This document shows positions 26,546-35,927 of a stretch of 64,000 bases of DNA, in pieces; position 1 is the stretch's first letter; every line of letters begins with the position of its first letter. Location of the stretch: IMG/VR virus record IMGVR_UViG_3300045988_134537; one strand, given 5' to 3'. Made by a program: the position numbers and the translations under genes. Under the pieces are notes generated by a model. It was not told where the DNA came from and searched no databases. It worked only from the letters and a program-made list of their open reading frames with translations. The stretch comes from a virus.

Positions 26546-27641
26546 AATAGATATAAGAAGGATATTCAAAACCTCTAAACAGGTTATGGAAGAGGCGTAT
26601 GAGAATATATTGAAATACAGGCGGGGAGAGCTTATCCCCGCTAAAACCGGATACGATTATATTGACGAGGCTTTGCTTGGAGGTATTTTTCCTCAGCACG
26701 CTATTGCCATAGGAGCCCGGCCATCTGTAGGTAAATCGTATGTGGCCCAAAAGATATTGGAAAATGTGATGAATCCGATGATCAACCCGCAAGCAGAAGA
26801 TTATTTTCTTGTTAATTGCGAGTTCGAAATGAATCCTCAAGATCTTCTTCTTCGTAGAATGAGCCAGGATATGAAAAAGCGAGCTCCTGAAATATTAAGA
26901 AGGCAAGATTCTAATACAGTAGAAGAGATGAGGATGTTTGAAATCCTTCAAGGTGAAATCAGGAATAATATAATATACATCGATGCTCCGTGTACGGTAA
27001 AAGAGTTTGAGGCGGCTGTGTATCATATAGCTACCAAACACAAAGACAAACGTCTTATAATATTTAAAGTCGATCATATTGCTTTGATAAAAAGAATGGG
27101 GTTAGATCCTAAGTCGGCTATAGATGATTTGGTGGCGGTTATGAACGAAGCTAAATTAGTATATAAAAACATATTTTTCCTCATCATATCCCAATTCAAC
27201 AGAGAAATAGAAGGAAGGATAAAAAGCCCACAAGAGCAGCCTCCGCGTCTTTCTGATTTTTACCAATCTGATACGCTGGGTCAGTTATGTACGTTAATGA
27301 TAGGTTTGCACAATCCTCGTAGGTACGGGCTGGATAAGTATATGATATTTGGGAAAGATTGGTATCAGACTCTTGATAGGTTTAAAACTGAAAACAAAAC
27401 ATCATTCAGGACAGCCGGACTTGTGTTTCATCATATACTGAAGGTAAGGCAAGTTAGTATGGAAGAGCTTACTAATACAATCCACCCAGAGATACTGCCG
27501 GGGCATGGATGGATGTACGGGGAGGGCGGGACGAAGTTCGTGAACCCCAACCAGCCGCCGACGCCGCCTAAGCTCTATACTGTGGAAGACGTTACGGACA
27601 ATCAGGAACAAGAGACAAAAGAAGAACAGTCATTGTATTAA
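26523..27641 (+). CDS. dnaB: replicative DNA helicase, DnaB family (RecA-like C-terminal domain); track ORF begins at GTG 26514
   Basis: Walker A GARPSVGKS, Walker B-like IFKVDHIALI, ISQFNREIEGR matching the DnaB SQLNR motif, upstream YIDEALLGGIFP. Confidence 0.75.
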   Translation: MQEDLKNKIDIRRIFKTSKQVMEEAYENILKYRRGELIPAKTGYDYIDEALLGGIFPQHAIAIGARPSVGKSYVAQKILENVMNPMINPQAEDYFLVNCEFEMNPQDLLLRRMSQDMKKRAPEILRRQDSNTVEEMRMFEILQGEIRNNIIYIDAPCTVKEFEAAVYHIATKHKDKRLIIFKVDHIALIKRMGLDPKSAIDDLVAVMNEAKLVYKNIFFLIISQFNREIEGRIKSPQEQPPRLSDFYQSDTLGQLCTLMIGLHNPRRYGLDKYMIFGKDWYQTLDRFKTENKTSFRTAGLVFHHILKVRQVSMEELTNTIHPEILPGHGWMYGEGGTKFVNPNQPPTPPKLYTVEDVTDNQEQETKEEQSLY

Positions 27642-27656
27642 AAAAAAATAAGAACC

Positions 27657-28259
27657 ATGAGACTAACAGTAGAAGAAAACGAATACCTGATAAGTAAGTT
27701 CCTTTTGGTTCTTACTGAGTTTGCAGGGGATGAAAGAGAGATGTTTTTAATCAACTCCATACATGATAAGGCGGTGGCGGATATGAATTATCGTCTTCCG
27801 TCTTTAATAAGCAGAGAACGTAAAAGACGAGTTATTGAGCTCCTTAAAGAAGGAACCAGAATAATCAAGGACTTTTCCGGCTATGCTGGTGATATGGGTA
27901 TGATTAACGAATACGATCGTCTAAAGAAAGAAATAGGAACCGTCCAAGACCAGCTTGGTGACGTAGAAGGTCAACTTCGGGCAGCAGGAGAAGTTATTAA
28001 AAAAGAACTTGATATGATTGCTGACCGAATCAAAGAAGATCTTCTTGATCGAGAACTGGCTAAAAGTAATGCCGAGGCTGAAAGAAAAGCCAAAGTAGAT
28101 CCGAGATACGAAGTAGCTTTAGGTGATTACAAGGAGATGCTGGAAGTGATTTTTACAACCAGAAACAAGTATTCTACGGTAGATTCTGTACATGACGATC
28201 TTCGACAGTCGGTATCTACCGGTAGAAATTCGATTATTAAAGAAGGGTACAACAGTTAA
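27657..28259 (+). CDS. hypothetical coiled-coil protein (200 aa)
   Basis: Track ORF. Confidence 0.55.
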   Translation: MRLTVEENEYLISKFLLVLTEFAGDEREMFLINSIHDKAVADMNYRLPSLISRERKRRVIELLKEGTRIIKDFSGYAGDMGMINEYDRLKKEIGTVQDQLGDVEGQLRAAGEVIKKELDMIADRIKEDLLDRELAKSNAEAERKAKVDPRYEVALGDYKEMLEVIFTTRNKYSTVDSVHDDLRQSVSTGRNSIIKEGYNS

Positions 28260-28274
28260 AAACAAGGAGGGAAT

Positions 28275-28472
28275 ATGGAAAAGAAGGAATTTAAAGTAGG
28301 AGAAGTGTTTACTGCCGGACTTGTAAGATTAAAATGTGTGGAAGGTGATACATGCGATAGGTGTATATTTGAAAAATACAATTATTGTTCATGTACAGAC
28401 ATGATTATTGGTCCATGTGAACATATTGATAGACAAGATAACAAGGATGTTATTTTCATTAAAGCTGATTAG
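28275..28472 (+). CDS. small Cys-rich protein (65 aa)
   Basis: Track ORF; GGAGGG upstream. Confidence 0.45.
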   Translation: MEKKEFKVGEVFTAGLVRLKCVEGDTCDRCIFEKYNYCSCTDMIIGPCEHIDRQDNKDVIFIKAD

Positions 28473-28474
28473 GT

Positions 28475-29188
28475 ATGTACATCAATTTCAGACAACTTGC
28501 AGCATCAGACATGACTCCTAATGATCTTGCTAATCTTCTTGCCATAAGACAGAAGGATACGGTTATGATCGAAGCCATGCCGGAAGAAGATGCTGGGAGG
28601 TATATAGATCTTGGCCTGGTTGAGAAATTAAAATCAGGCGTGATGAGATTGACCAACAAAGGAACGTCTTTTGTGAATTATATAGAGACACCGGAAATGA
28701 CAGACGAGGTTCTGGAAACGTTGAAGATTATGATAGGAATGTACGAATCGTATTCAAAAGACATAGGTGTCAGCAGAAAAGAAGCGGAATCCAGATTGTG
28801 TTGGTTTATGGGTAACACCTCATTCAAGAAAGAGGTCATACTTCAGGTAACGGAATCTTATATAGCAGAGTCAGGAGATTATACAATGAGCTTATGTAAC
28901 TTCATATGGAAACCGCCTTCTCAGGCTTTTTCAGTTCATATGAACCTTAAAAATTCAAAGCTCTTTGACTTAATAGCTGAAAAATTTAAGATCGCTACCG
29001 AGCCTTATTTGGAGTCTAAGAAGAATAAGGAAATGGATTGGTTGTTTGCCGTATCTAAATTGCCTACGCCGCCGGCTAAAGGCAATCCGGATTATTTGTT
29101 TACCGGAAGTTCTGAAACAGACAAAGAGCGATTGAAAAACATAAAAACGTATTTATTTAACAAAATTAGAAAGCAATGGAAAAAGTAA
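28475..29188 (+). CDS. hypothetical protein (237 aa), immediately upstream of the ACP gene
   Basis: Track ORF. Confidence 0.6.
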   Translation: MYINFRQLAASDMTPNDLANLLAIRQKDTVMIEAMPEEDAGRYIDLGLVEKLKSGVMRLTNKGTSFVNYIETPEMTDEVLETLKIMIGMYESYSKDIGVSRKEAESRLCWFMGNTSFKKEVILQVTESYIAESGDYTMSLCNFIWKPPSQAFSVHMNLKNSKLFDLIAEKFKIATEPYLESKKNKEMDWLFAVSKLPTPPAKGNPDYLFTGSSETDKERLKNIKTYLFNKIRKQWKK

Positions 29189-29427
29189 GAATCAGAAAGA
29201 TAATAGAGGATATAATTATTACTCAGTTTCTTAATTCGGAAATAGATATAGTTCATGAAGAAGATGTGACGTTTAAAGAACTTGGATTAGATTCTGTTGA
29301 TCAAATTGAACTGGAAGTGATGGTGGAACAAAAATTCAATATTGTTATTATTGATTATGATATGGAGACCATCAAAGATATGACTGATCTTGTTTACAAA
29401 ATAATAACAGAAGGGTATGGGAAGTGA
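29176..29427 (+). CDS. acyl carrier protein-like (83 aa) with phosphopantetheine-attachment motif LGLDSVDQIEL
   Basis: Alignable along its length to bacterial AcpP (KKII ... F.EDLGxDSxDxVELxMxxExxF ... I). Confidence 0.75.
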   Translation: MEKVRIRKIIEDIIITQFLNSEIDIVHEEDVTFKELGLDSVDQIELEVMVEQKFNIVIIDYDMETIKDMTDLVYKIITEGYGK

Positions 29428-29911
29428 CATAATTTTATGCATGGCTTTAATAGCGTCATTTGCTTTTGTTATACAGTTTTTGTTGTCGATATTAGGATCT
29501 GATCTGGATACGGATATTGACATTGACAGTGCTTCTGATTTAAGTATGTCTTTGTCGGACATTATATCATTCAAGGGCATAACACATTTTATTCTTGGAT
29601 ATAGCTGGACTACCTACTTTTCGGGTTCCCATTTAGTAGGGGTTGTGATAGGGTCGTTTTTCTTTATCGTTTTGTTTTACGTATATAAGTTACTTCTTAA
29701 GTTAAAGCAAGAAATGGTGTACGAATGTCCGGAAGATTTAAACGGAAGAGAAGTGGAGATAGTATTTAGATCAGGGAAGAATCATTATATGGTAAATATT
29801 TCGAAAAATGGAAGACAGGAGCAAATGAGATTAAGATGCTTGTCTGGAAAAACTTACAAAAACGGTGACAAGGTGAATATAAAATACGAAGAAGGAGAAC
29901 TAAGTATCTAA
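29417..29911 (+). CDS. NfeD-like (YqiJ/YuaF-type) membrane protein: N-terminal TM helices + C-terminal OB-fold beta-barrel (GDKVNIKYEEGELSI)
   Basis: Architecture and C-terminal motif; gene sits immediately upstream of an SPFH/flotillin gene as in yqiJ-yqiK / yuaF-floT operons. Confidence 0.6.
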   Translation: MGSDIILCMALIASFAFVIQFLLSILGSDLDTDIDIDSASDLSMSLSDIISFKGITHFILGYSWTTYFSGSHLVGVVIGSFFFIVLFYVYKLLLKLKQEMVYECPEDLNGREVEIVFRSGKNHYMVNISKNGRQEQMRLRCLSGKTYKNGDKVNIKYEEGELSI

Positions 29912-29943
29912 TTTTTTTTATCAACAATTAAATTTTAAAAGTT

Positions 29944-31644
29944 ATGACAACAATCATGTACGTGTCAGCTATCTTAGCTGTAGTGATTATTTTGACAATC
30001 ATCGGAGTCTTATCAAGGTATCGTAGATGTAAGCCTAATCAGGTCTTGGTCGTTTATGGTAAGACAGGTGGGGAAAAGAAGTCGGCAAAATTATATCATG
30101 GTGGAGCGGCATTCGTCTTGCCTATTATTCAAAGCTATGATATTTTGTCTATGGAGCCTATGCAAATAGATTGTAGGCTCACCGGTGCTTTGTCGTCTCA
30201 AAATATCAGAGTGGATGTACCTACTACTATTACAGTAGCAATCAGCACAAATCCTGAAATTATGCAGAATGCAGCAGAAAGGCTTTTGGGGATGGATACT
30301 GAATCTACTGAAAATCTTATTACGGATATTGTTTATGGCCAAATGCGTTTGATCATTGCTGAAATGACGATTGAAAAACTTAATTCTGACAGGGATGAGT
30401 TTTTGGATAAGGCAAGAAAAAACATTGATAACGAACTTAATAAGTTAGGCCTTTACCTCCTAAATATCAACATCAGTGACATCAGAGACGAAGCCGGCTA
30501 TATCATGAATCTTGGCAAAGAAGCTGAAAGTAAGGCCCTGAACGAAGCACAGGCTAATATCGAAGAACAGGAAAAGCTGGGTGCTATTAAGATTGCTGTA
30601 CAGCAGAAGGAGAAAGAAACGGCTGTGGCTAATACCAAAAAAGAACAAGAGATTCAAATTGCTTGTACTGAAAAAGAAAAGGAAACGATAGTAGCTGAAA
30701 CGAAGAAAGAAAAAGAAATAGCCTTGGCTTTAACCGATAAAGAGAAACAGATCGGCGTAGCTCAAGCAGATAGAGACAGGGCTGCGGTTATCGCAAAAAC
30801 TTTAACCGACAAGGAATCGGCGATTGTAAGATCTAAGGCAGAACTTGAAGTAAATAAAGCCGAGGCTGAAAGGATGGAAGAAGTCGGAAAGAATAAGGCT
30901 GAAGCTGACAAGGAAGCAGCTATAGCAATACAAGACTCTGAAGCTCAGATTAAGAAGGCTGAGGCTGAGAAAAATGCGTCTATAGGATACAACAATGCCC
31001 AGAAGGAGGTTGCTGTGTCAGTATCAGAACTACAGATTATCAAAGCTCAATCAGAAAAGAAGGCCGGAGAAGAAAAAGTTAAATCGGAAGCGGCTGTAAA
31101 AACGGCAAAAGAGCTTGCTGATAAAGAAGTGGAAGAAGCTAAGGCTAAGAAAGTTCAGGCTGCGCTTAAGGCTGAAAAGATTGTGCCGGCTGAAACCCAG
31201 AAGGAAGAGGCTATCTTACAAGCTGATGCCGAGGCCGAGAAGATCAAACGCCGGGCTGAGGCTGAGGCAGCAGCACATTTGGCAAAAGCTGAGGCAGAGG
31301 CAAAAGCTATTCAGATGAAGCTGGAGGCAGAAGCCGAAGGTAAGAAAAAGTCGTTAATGGCAGAAGCCGACGGATTTAAGGCTATGGTGGAAGCAGCAGA
31401 ATCCAATCCCCAGATCGCCATCCAGTACAAGATGGTTAATCAGTGGAAAGAAATTGCTGGAGAACAGGTTAAAGCATTTGAGCACATTAACCTCGGAAAT
31501 ATCACGGTATTTGACGGCGGTCAGAACAGTACCGGTAATTTCCTTAACAATGTTGTCAAGACCGTCGCTCCGGCATTGGGAGTCATCGATCAGCTTCCGA
31601 TTGCAGATACTTTAAAGAAATTAAAAGGAGATGACAAAAAATAA
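29944..31644 (+). CDS. flotillin-like SPFH (band-7) domain protein, YqiK/FloT-type: N-terminal TM helix, SPFH domain, long Ala/Glu/Lys-rich coiled coil
   Basis: Collinear resemblance to E. coli YqiK / B. subtilis FloT (TM, then ILSMEPMQIDCRL, IRVDVPTTITVAIS, GYIMNLGKEAESKAL, then EA-repeat coiled coil). Confidence 0.8.
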   Translation: MTTIMYVSAILAVVIILTIIGVLSRYRRCKPNQVLVVYGKTGGEKKSAKLYHGGAAFVLPIIQSYDILSMEPMQIDCRLTGALSSQNIRVDVPTTITVAISTNPEIMQNAAERLLGMDTESTENLITDIVYGQMRLIIAEMTIEKLNSDRDEFLDKARKNIDNELNKLGLYLLNINISDIRDEAGYIMNLGKEAESKALNEAQANIEEQEKLGAIKIAVQQKEKETAVANTKKEQEIQIACTEKEKETIVAETKKEKEIALALTDKEKQIGVAQADRDRAAVIAKTLTDKESAIVRSKAELEVNKAEAERMEEVGKNKAEADKEAAIAIQDSEAQIKKAEAEKNASIGYNNAQKEVAVSVSELQIIKAQSEKKAGEEKVKSEAAVKTAKELADKEVEEAKAKKVQAALKAEKIVPAETQKEEAILQADAEAEKIKRRAEAEAAAHLAKAEAEAKAIQMKLEAEAEGKKKSLMAEADGFKAMVEAAESNPQIAIQYKMVNQWKEIAGEQVKAFEHINLGNITVFDGGQNSTGNFLNNVVKTVAPALGVIDQLPIADTLKKLKGDDKK

Positions 31645-31807
31645 ATACAATGGCCCAAGGTTACACTTGGGCCTAATTGAAGAAGCAAAAGCAGCATTTA
31701 TAGATTTCATGCCAGCAGGAATAGTGATTTTTAGTGCTTTACTAATTACGATATTTTTAACATGGATTTTGGACAAGATTTAGAACCAGAAGAACTGACC
31801 AAGCATT

Positions 31808-32167
31808 ATGATCAGTGTTATGGAATTGATTTTGAAACAGAAGAAGAGGAGGATGAAGAGTATGACTGATGAGGAATTTGTATTGGATAATAAGAAAAAG
31901 GTTGTTGTAAGAAAAAGAATATCTTATTTAAACAAAGGAGATAAAGTATGGATTGTGTCTTCCGACGGGTATCTGCTGCACACGGACGTAGTTAGAGCCG
32001 AACGCGGACGGTCTTATGTGGATATAGACGGGATTCTGTATTGGAAGCGAGGATTAGATGGTAAGCATCGTAATCGTAATAACTACATGCAGTTTGCCAT
32101 GACACCAGAAGACGGTAAGAAGTATGTCGTATATTACCCGGAAGGATTTAAAGACAATGACTTATGA
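31808..32167 (+). CDS. hypothetical protein (119 aa)
   Basis: Track ORF. Confidence 0.5.
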   Translation: MISVMELILKQKKRRMKSMTDEEFVLDNKKKVVVRKRISYLNKGDKVWIVSSDGYLLHTDVVRAERGRSYVDIDGILYWKRGLDGKHRNRNNYMQFAMTPEDGKKYVVYYPEGFKDNDL

Positions 32168-33183
32168 TGGTCCCGGAAACACATTTGCTATATAAGGAGT
32201 TTAATGGTGTGAAACGTCTTGCCATATCTTATTCCCAGATAGATACGTTTCTTACTTGTCCAATGAAATGGTATAAGACTTACGTAGAGGGCAAAAGGTC
32301 TACAGAAAAACAAGAAGCTACGTCTTATGGTACGGTTATTCATAAGACACTGGAATACTTCTTCAAGAACGGAAGGCAGCCTTCTGGCAAAGACCTTGGA
32401 GAAGCAATAAGTTACTATTCCTATCAAGAAGACATACCTTGGCAATCACCGGAAAATATGATGATAGCCATGAAACAATCCGGGGAGCTTCTTGCTTGGA
32501 TTGTGGATCTGTTTAAAAAAGATGGGAATAGATTTATGATAGCTGATAGTGATCTTAATCCTTGTGAGAAACTTATCAGACATGGCGTTATAGTTGGAGT
32601 CGAAGAAGATTTTGTGCTGCCGTACCGTCTTCCTAAGCCAGTTGACATAAATGGGGTAATTCATACCCATGTGTACATAGTAGGATCAGTAGACCTTCAT
32701 CTGGCTATAAAGAGCAAGAACGTAATTCACCATTATGTCATAGATTGGAAATCAGGGAATAAGGTTTTTGATTCTAAGAAGTTGGAAACGAATTTACAGC
32801 ATCCTATATATTCGTTTTACATCTATAGAAAATATGGTGGGGTTCTACCAGATATGAACATCTATTTCTTTACCAGAACCAGGCAGTACCAAAAGGTTAA
32901 GGTGGATGAAGAACGTAAAACAAAATCTATAGAGATGCTAAATGACACTTTATCTAAAATGTATGATTTTGAAGATAATAGTGTAAAAACATTTCAGGCA
33001 TACATCCAGGGGGCAGAAGGAGCCAGATATAGCAAGCGGCGTGCCACCCTAAGCCAGCCTGTTTCGCAAAACAAGCTACCCTGCCCGTCGGCGCTGTGTT
33101 ATTATTGTGACTTTGGATTACATAACAAAAACGAATGCCCTTTCTCTTCAGATTGGGATCCGTCTAAAAAGATAAAACGATGA
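32164..33183 (+). CDS. PD-(D/E)XK nuclease of the Cas4/RecB family with C-terminal Cys cluster (probable Fe-S)
   Basis: N-terminal Cys (TCPMKWY), motif I GTVIHKTLE, D (GSVDLH), IDWK, QHPIY (QhxxY), C-terminal CPSALCYYC...C. Confidence 0.7.
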   Translation: MMVPETHLLYKEFNGVKRLAISYSQIDTFLTCPMKWYKTYVEGKRSTEKQEATSYGTVIHKTLEYFFKNGRQPSGKDLGEAISYYSYQEDIPWQSPENMMIAMKQSGELLAWIVDLFKKDGNRFMIADSDLNPCEKLIRHGVIVGVEEDFVLPYRLPKPVDINGVIHTHVYIVGSVDLHLAIKSKNVIHHYVIDWKSGNKVFDSKKLETNLQHPIYSFYIYRKYGGVLPDMNIYFFTRTRQYQKVKVDEERKTKSIEMLNDTLSKMYDFEDNSVKTFQAYIQGAEGARYSKRRATLSQPVSQNKLPCPSALCYYCDFGLHNKNECPFSSDWDPSKKIKR

Positions 33184-33322
33184 AATACGAGGATGTTCAA
33201 AAGTTAAGAACGAAATACCGGCAAGATCCGGAAGTTATAAACGTAGAATACATGAGAGACGTTGCTGTAAGATGCGGGAATTTCAAGAAAGCGTTTGAGC
33301 TTCAGGAGAAGCTGGAGGATAT

Positions 33323-33679
33323 ATGGTTCAACTATTTAAAAGGAGTGTAATGAAAGAAGATCTAATATGTGGAGTAGCGATCCTTTTGTATTTAGTTTTA
33401 TTATACTTACTCACGACAATTTTCATAAAAACAGGTGAAGCAGTAGGTCGTTATAAGATGAAGAAGAAAACTGACAAAATCAAAGTAGGTCAAAGATACG
33501 AACATAAGAGCTACTTTGAGGATCCATTTGAAAGAGGCAAGCATGTGATTAAGATATTAGACATAAAAGAAGGGTACGCTCTATATGAGTACGAAGAAAA
33601 ACCATATATACGTTCTTCTGTGAGTCTTGAAGATATTGTTAAAAAATACATTTTAATTACTGATGTTAAACACAAGTAA
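33323..33679 (+). CDS. hypothetical membrane-anchored protein (118 aa)
   Basis: Track ORF; N-terminal hydrophobic helix. Confidence 0.5.
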   Translation: MVQLFKRSVMKEDLICGVAILLYLVLLYLLTTIFIKTGEAVGRYKMKKKTDKIKVGQRYEHKSYFEDPFERGKHVIKILDIKEGYALYEYEEKPYIRSSVSLEDIVKKYILITDVKHK

Positions 33680-33682
33680 GTC

Positions 33683-34060
33683 ATGAAAAAAGAAGTCACA
33701 ATCAAGGAAGATATGGCTGTGCTTTATAAAAATACAGGAAAAGAACTATGGATTTATAACGGACTTTTCAGAAACAAGGTGTTGTCTATAAAAAAAGATA
33801 AAGCCATTATCATGTGTGAAACTGATGCTGAATATGCTGTACTGATAGAAGATAATCAGTTTATTGCCGTAGCAAAAAACATGGATTATGATTACTGCTG
33901 CGCATTCACATTAGGTAATGCCGAGGCTTATGGGGATCGTATGGGCATATCGTGCAGTGTATGCTTGCTTGAAGATAACGAAGATAAAGCAAGGGAGATG
34001 TTGAAAGAGGCGATAATAGAACTTTCAAAAAACAGTAAAATAGATTGCGATGGGCTTTGA
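33683..34060 (+). CDS. hypothetical protein (125 aa)
   Basis: Track ORF. Confidence 0.5.
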   Translation: MKKEVTIKEDMAVLYKNTGKELWIYNGLFRNKVLSIKKDKAIIMCETDAEYAVLIEDNQFIAVAKNMDYDYCCAFTLGNAEAYGDRMGISCSVCLLEDNEDKAREMLKEAIIELSKNSKIDCDGL

Positions 34061-35471
34061 ACTTAGACCTTACCAAAAAGAGGCAGTAGATGCCGGGCTT
34101 AAGTTCCTTACAGGAAGATCTAAGAAGCCTGGCATAGAAGTCTTGCCGTGTGCAGCGGGGAAGTCTTTGATAATTAGCAAGATAGCTCATGAATTAAAAA
34201 GACCTATCCTTGTATTACAGCCATCTAAAGAGATTCTGGAGCAGAATTATGCGAAGGCTGTATCATTCGGTTCTAAACCTACCATATATTCTGCTTCATG
34301 TAAAAAAAAAGAGTTATCGGCTATGACTTATGCTACACTTAAAAGCATAAAGAAAGACGTAGCAAGGTTGAAAGATATAGGGATAGACACATTATTGATA
34401 GATGAGGTGCATAGCGGGTATTCTCCTGAAGAAGGTTCTGAATTTATGGAGTTTATGAACAGGTTCCCAGAGGCGAAGGTGCTGGGCTTCACCGCCACTC
34501 CCTGCCGCCTCCGAACCTACAGTTCCATGCTGGAAGGAAACTACAGCAAGCTCAATATGCTGACGAAAGACGAGCATAATTTCTTCAAGAAAATAGTTCA
34601 TGTGACTCAAATACAAGAATTAACTTCTCAAGGGTTTTGGTGTCCACTTAAGTACGAACGATGGTCTTTTGATGAATCGGCTCTGATGTTAAACAGTACC
34701 GGAGCCGAATACACCAACGAATCTATTAAAGAAAGTATTGTACGAAACGGCTTAAACAACTCTATCTACAAGCGCCTTCTTCAACTTATGAACGAGCGTA
34801 AAGCCATTTTGGTTTGCATGGATTCTATCGAATCATGTAATAGAATATCAGAGTTCATGAATGCCAGGATGGGAGCCATAACCGGTGTCGTAACATCGCT
34901 AACAACCAAAAAGAAAAGAGAGCAAATCATATCCGATTTCAAAGAAGGTAAGTTGAAGGTGGTTTTTAATTATTCAACGCTTGCTACCGGATTTGATTTT
35001 CCTGAACTTGATTGTGTGATGTTTGGTCGACCAACTTTCTCATATTCAACTTATTACCAAATATTAGGCCGCGCCGTCCGCATCCATCCTGACAAGAAAG
35101 AGGCGCTGATAGTTGATTGCTGCGACAACATGAGACGCTTTGGTCGGATAGAAGACCTGACAATCGAGCAATTCCCTTCTAAGGGCTGGTGTATGTTTGC
35201 CGGCGATCAACTTCTGTCTAATATAAGGATGGGTGATATTATTACCAAAGACGAGATCCTTCGTCGGGCAGCCTCGCTTAAATCTGTGAATGGAGATGGT
35301 AGGAGAGAAGACGATCTTGACAGCATAATAATGTGGTTTGGAAAATATGAAGGAATTAGATTCAAGGACATACCAGTGTCGTATTTTAGGTTCTTGGCTG
35401 AGAATATGGCAGTAAAACCAGGAGACAGGAAAGAAAAGATTATCGAATATTATAATAGAATAAAAGCATGA
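34050..35471 (+). CDS. superfamily-2 DEXH-box DNA/RNA helicase
   Basis: PYQ...GKS (motif I), LLIDEVH (motif II), GFTATP (motif III), QILGRAVR (motif VI). Confidence 0.8.
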   Translation: MGFELRPYQKEAVDAGLKFLTGRSKKPGIEVLPCAAGKSLIISKIAHELKRPILVLQPSKEILEQNYAKAVSFGSKPTIYSASCKKKELSAMTYATLKSIKKDVARLKDIGIDTLLIDEVHSGYSPEEGSEFMEFMNRFPEAKVLGFTATPCRLRTYSSMLEGNYSKLNMLTKDEHNFFKKIVHVTQIQELTSQGFWCPLKYERWSFDESALMLNSTGAEYTNESIKESIVRNGLNNSIYKRLLQLMNERKAILVCMDSIESCNRISEFMNARMGAITGVVTSLTTKKKREQIISDFKEGKLKVVFNYSTLATGFDFPELDCVMFGRPTFSYSTYYQILGRAVRIHPDKKEALIVDCCDNMRRFGRIEDLTIEQFPSKGWCMFAGDQLLSNIRMGDIITKDEILRRAASLKSVNGDGRREDDLDSIIMWFGKYEGIRFKDIPVSYFRFLAENMAVKPGDRKEKIIEYYNRIKA

Positions 35472-35830
35472 ACAGCAAAAGACGTAAGAAAATAGAGGAT
35501 ATTATTTCCAATTTGGAAAAGCATAAAACAGATCTTGAGTTTATCAAATCAAAGCTGTCAGAGGTTAGGCATAATCTGGATTCAGCCAAGGATGATGTTG
35601 ATATGATTTTAGACGAAGAGACGGAAGCAAGAGATAATATGCCGGAGTCGTTACAAGATACAGAAAGATATTATCAATCAGATGAGGCTGTAGCTAATAT
35701 GGAGGCGGTTGTTGATGATATAGAAAGTATTGTAGGGGATTTAGAGAATGCGGTTTCAACCATTGATGATAAAATCAATGACATAGAAACTGGTATTATA
35801 GGGAATTTAGAGGCAGCCATAGGCGCATAA
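35468..35830 (+). CDS. hypothetical acidic coiled-coil protein (120 aa)
   Basis: Track ORF. Confidence 0.5.
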   Translation: MNSKRRKKIEDIISNLEKHKTDLEFIKSKLSEVRHNLDSAKDDVDMILDEETEARDNMPESLQDTERYYQSDEAVANMEAVVDDIESIVGDLENAVSTIDDKINDIETGIIGNLEAAIGA

Positions 35831-35865
35831 CGTAAAAATATAATCATAAAATTTAACACAATATA

Positions 35866-35906
35866 TTTGTATAGATATAATACGATACATATTTTTGTAT
35901 CGTATT
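35866..35906 (+). promoter_or_regulatory. Bacteroides-type promoter candidate (TTTG at about 35866-35869, 20-nt spacer, TATTTTTG at about 35890-35897) overlapping a perfect 11-bp inverted repeat AATACGATACA / TGTATCGTATT (about 35879-35906) that could also terminate the upstream gene
   Basis: Match to TTTG-N19-21-TAnnTTTG; palindrome read directly. Confidence 0.4.
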
Positions 35907-35927
35907 ATTTTTTATGTGTTATATTTT

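Noticed and set aside
28475-29188. Phosphopantetheinyl transferase upstream of the ACP
   Set aside because: DIGVSRKEAESRLCWF superficially recalls the PPTase W..KEA..K motif, but the GxDxE motif and spacing are absent.
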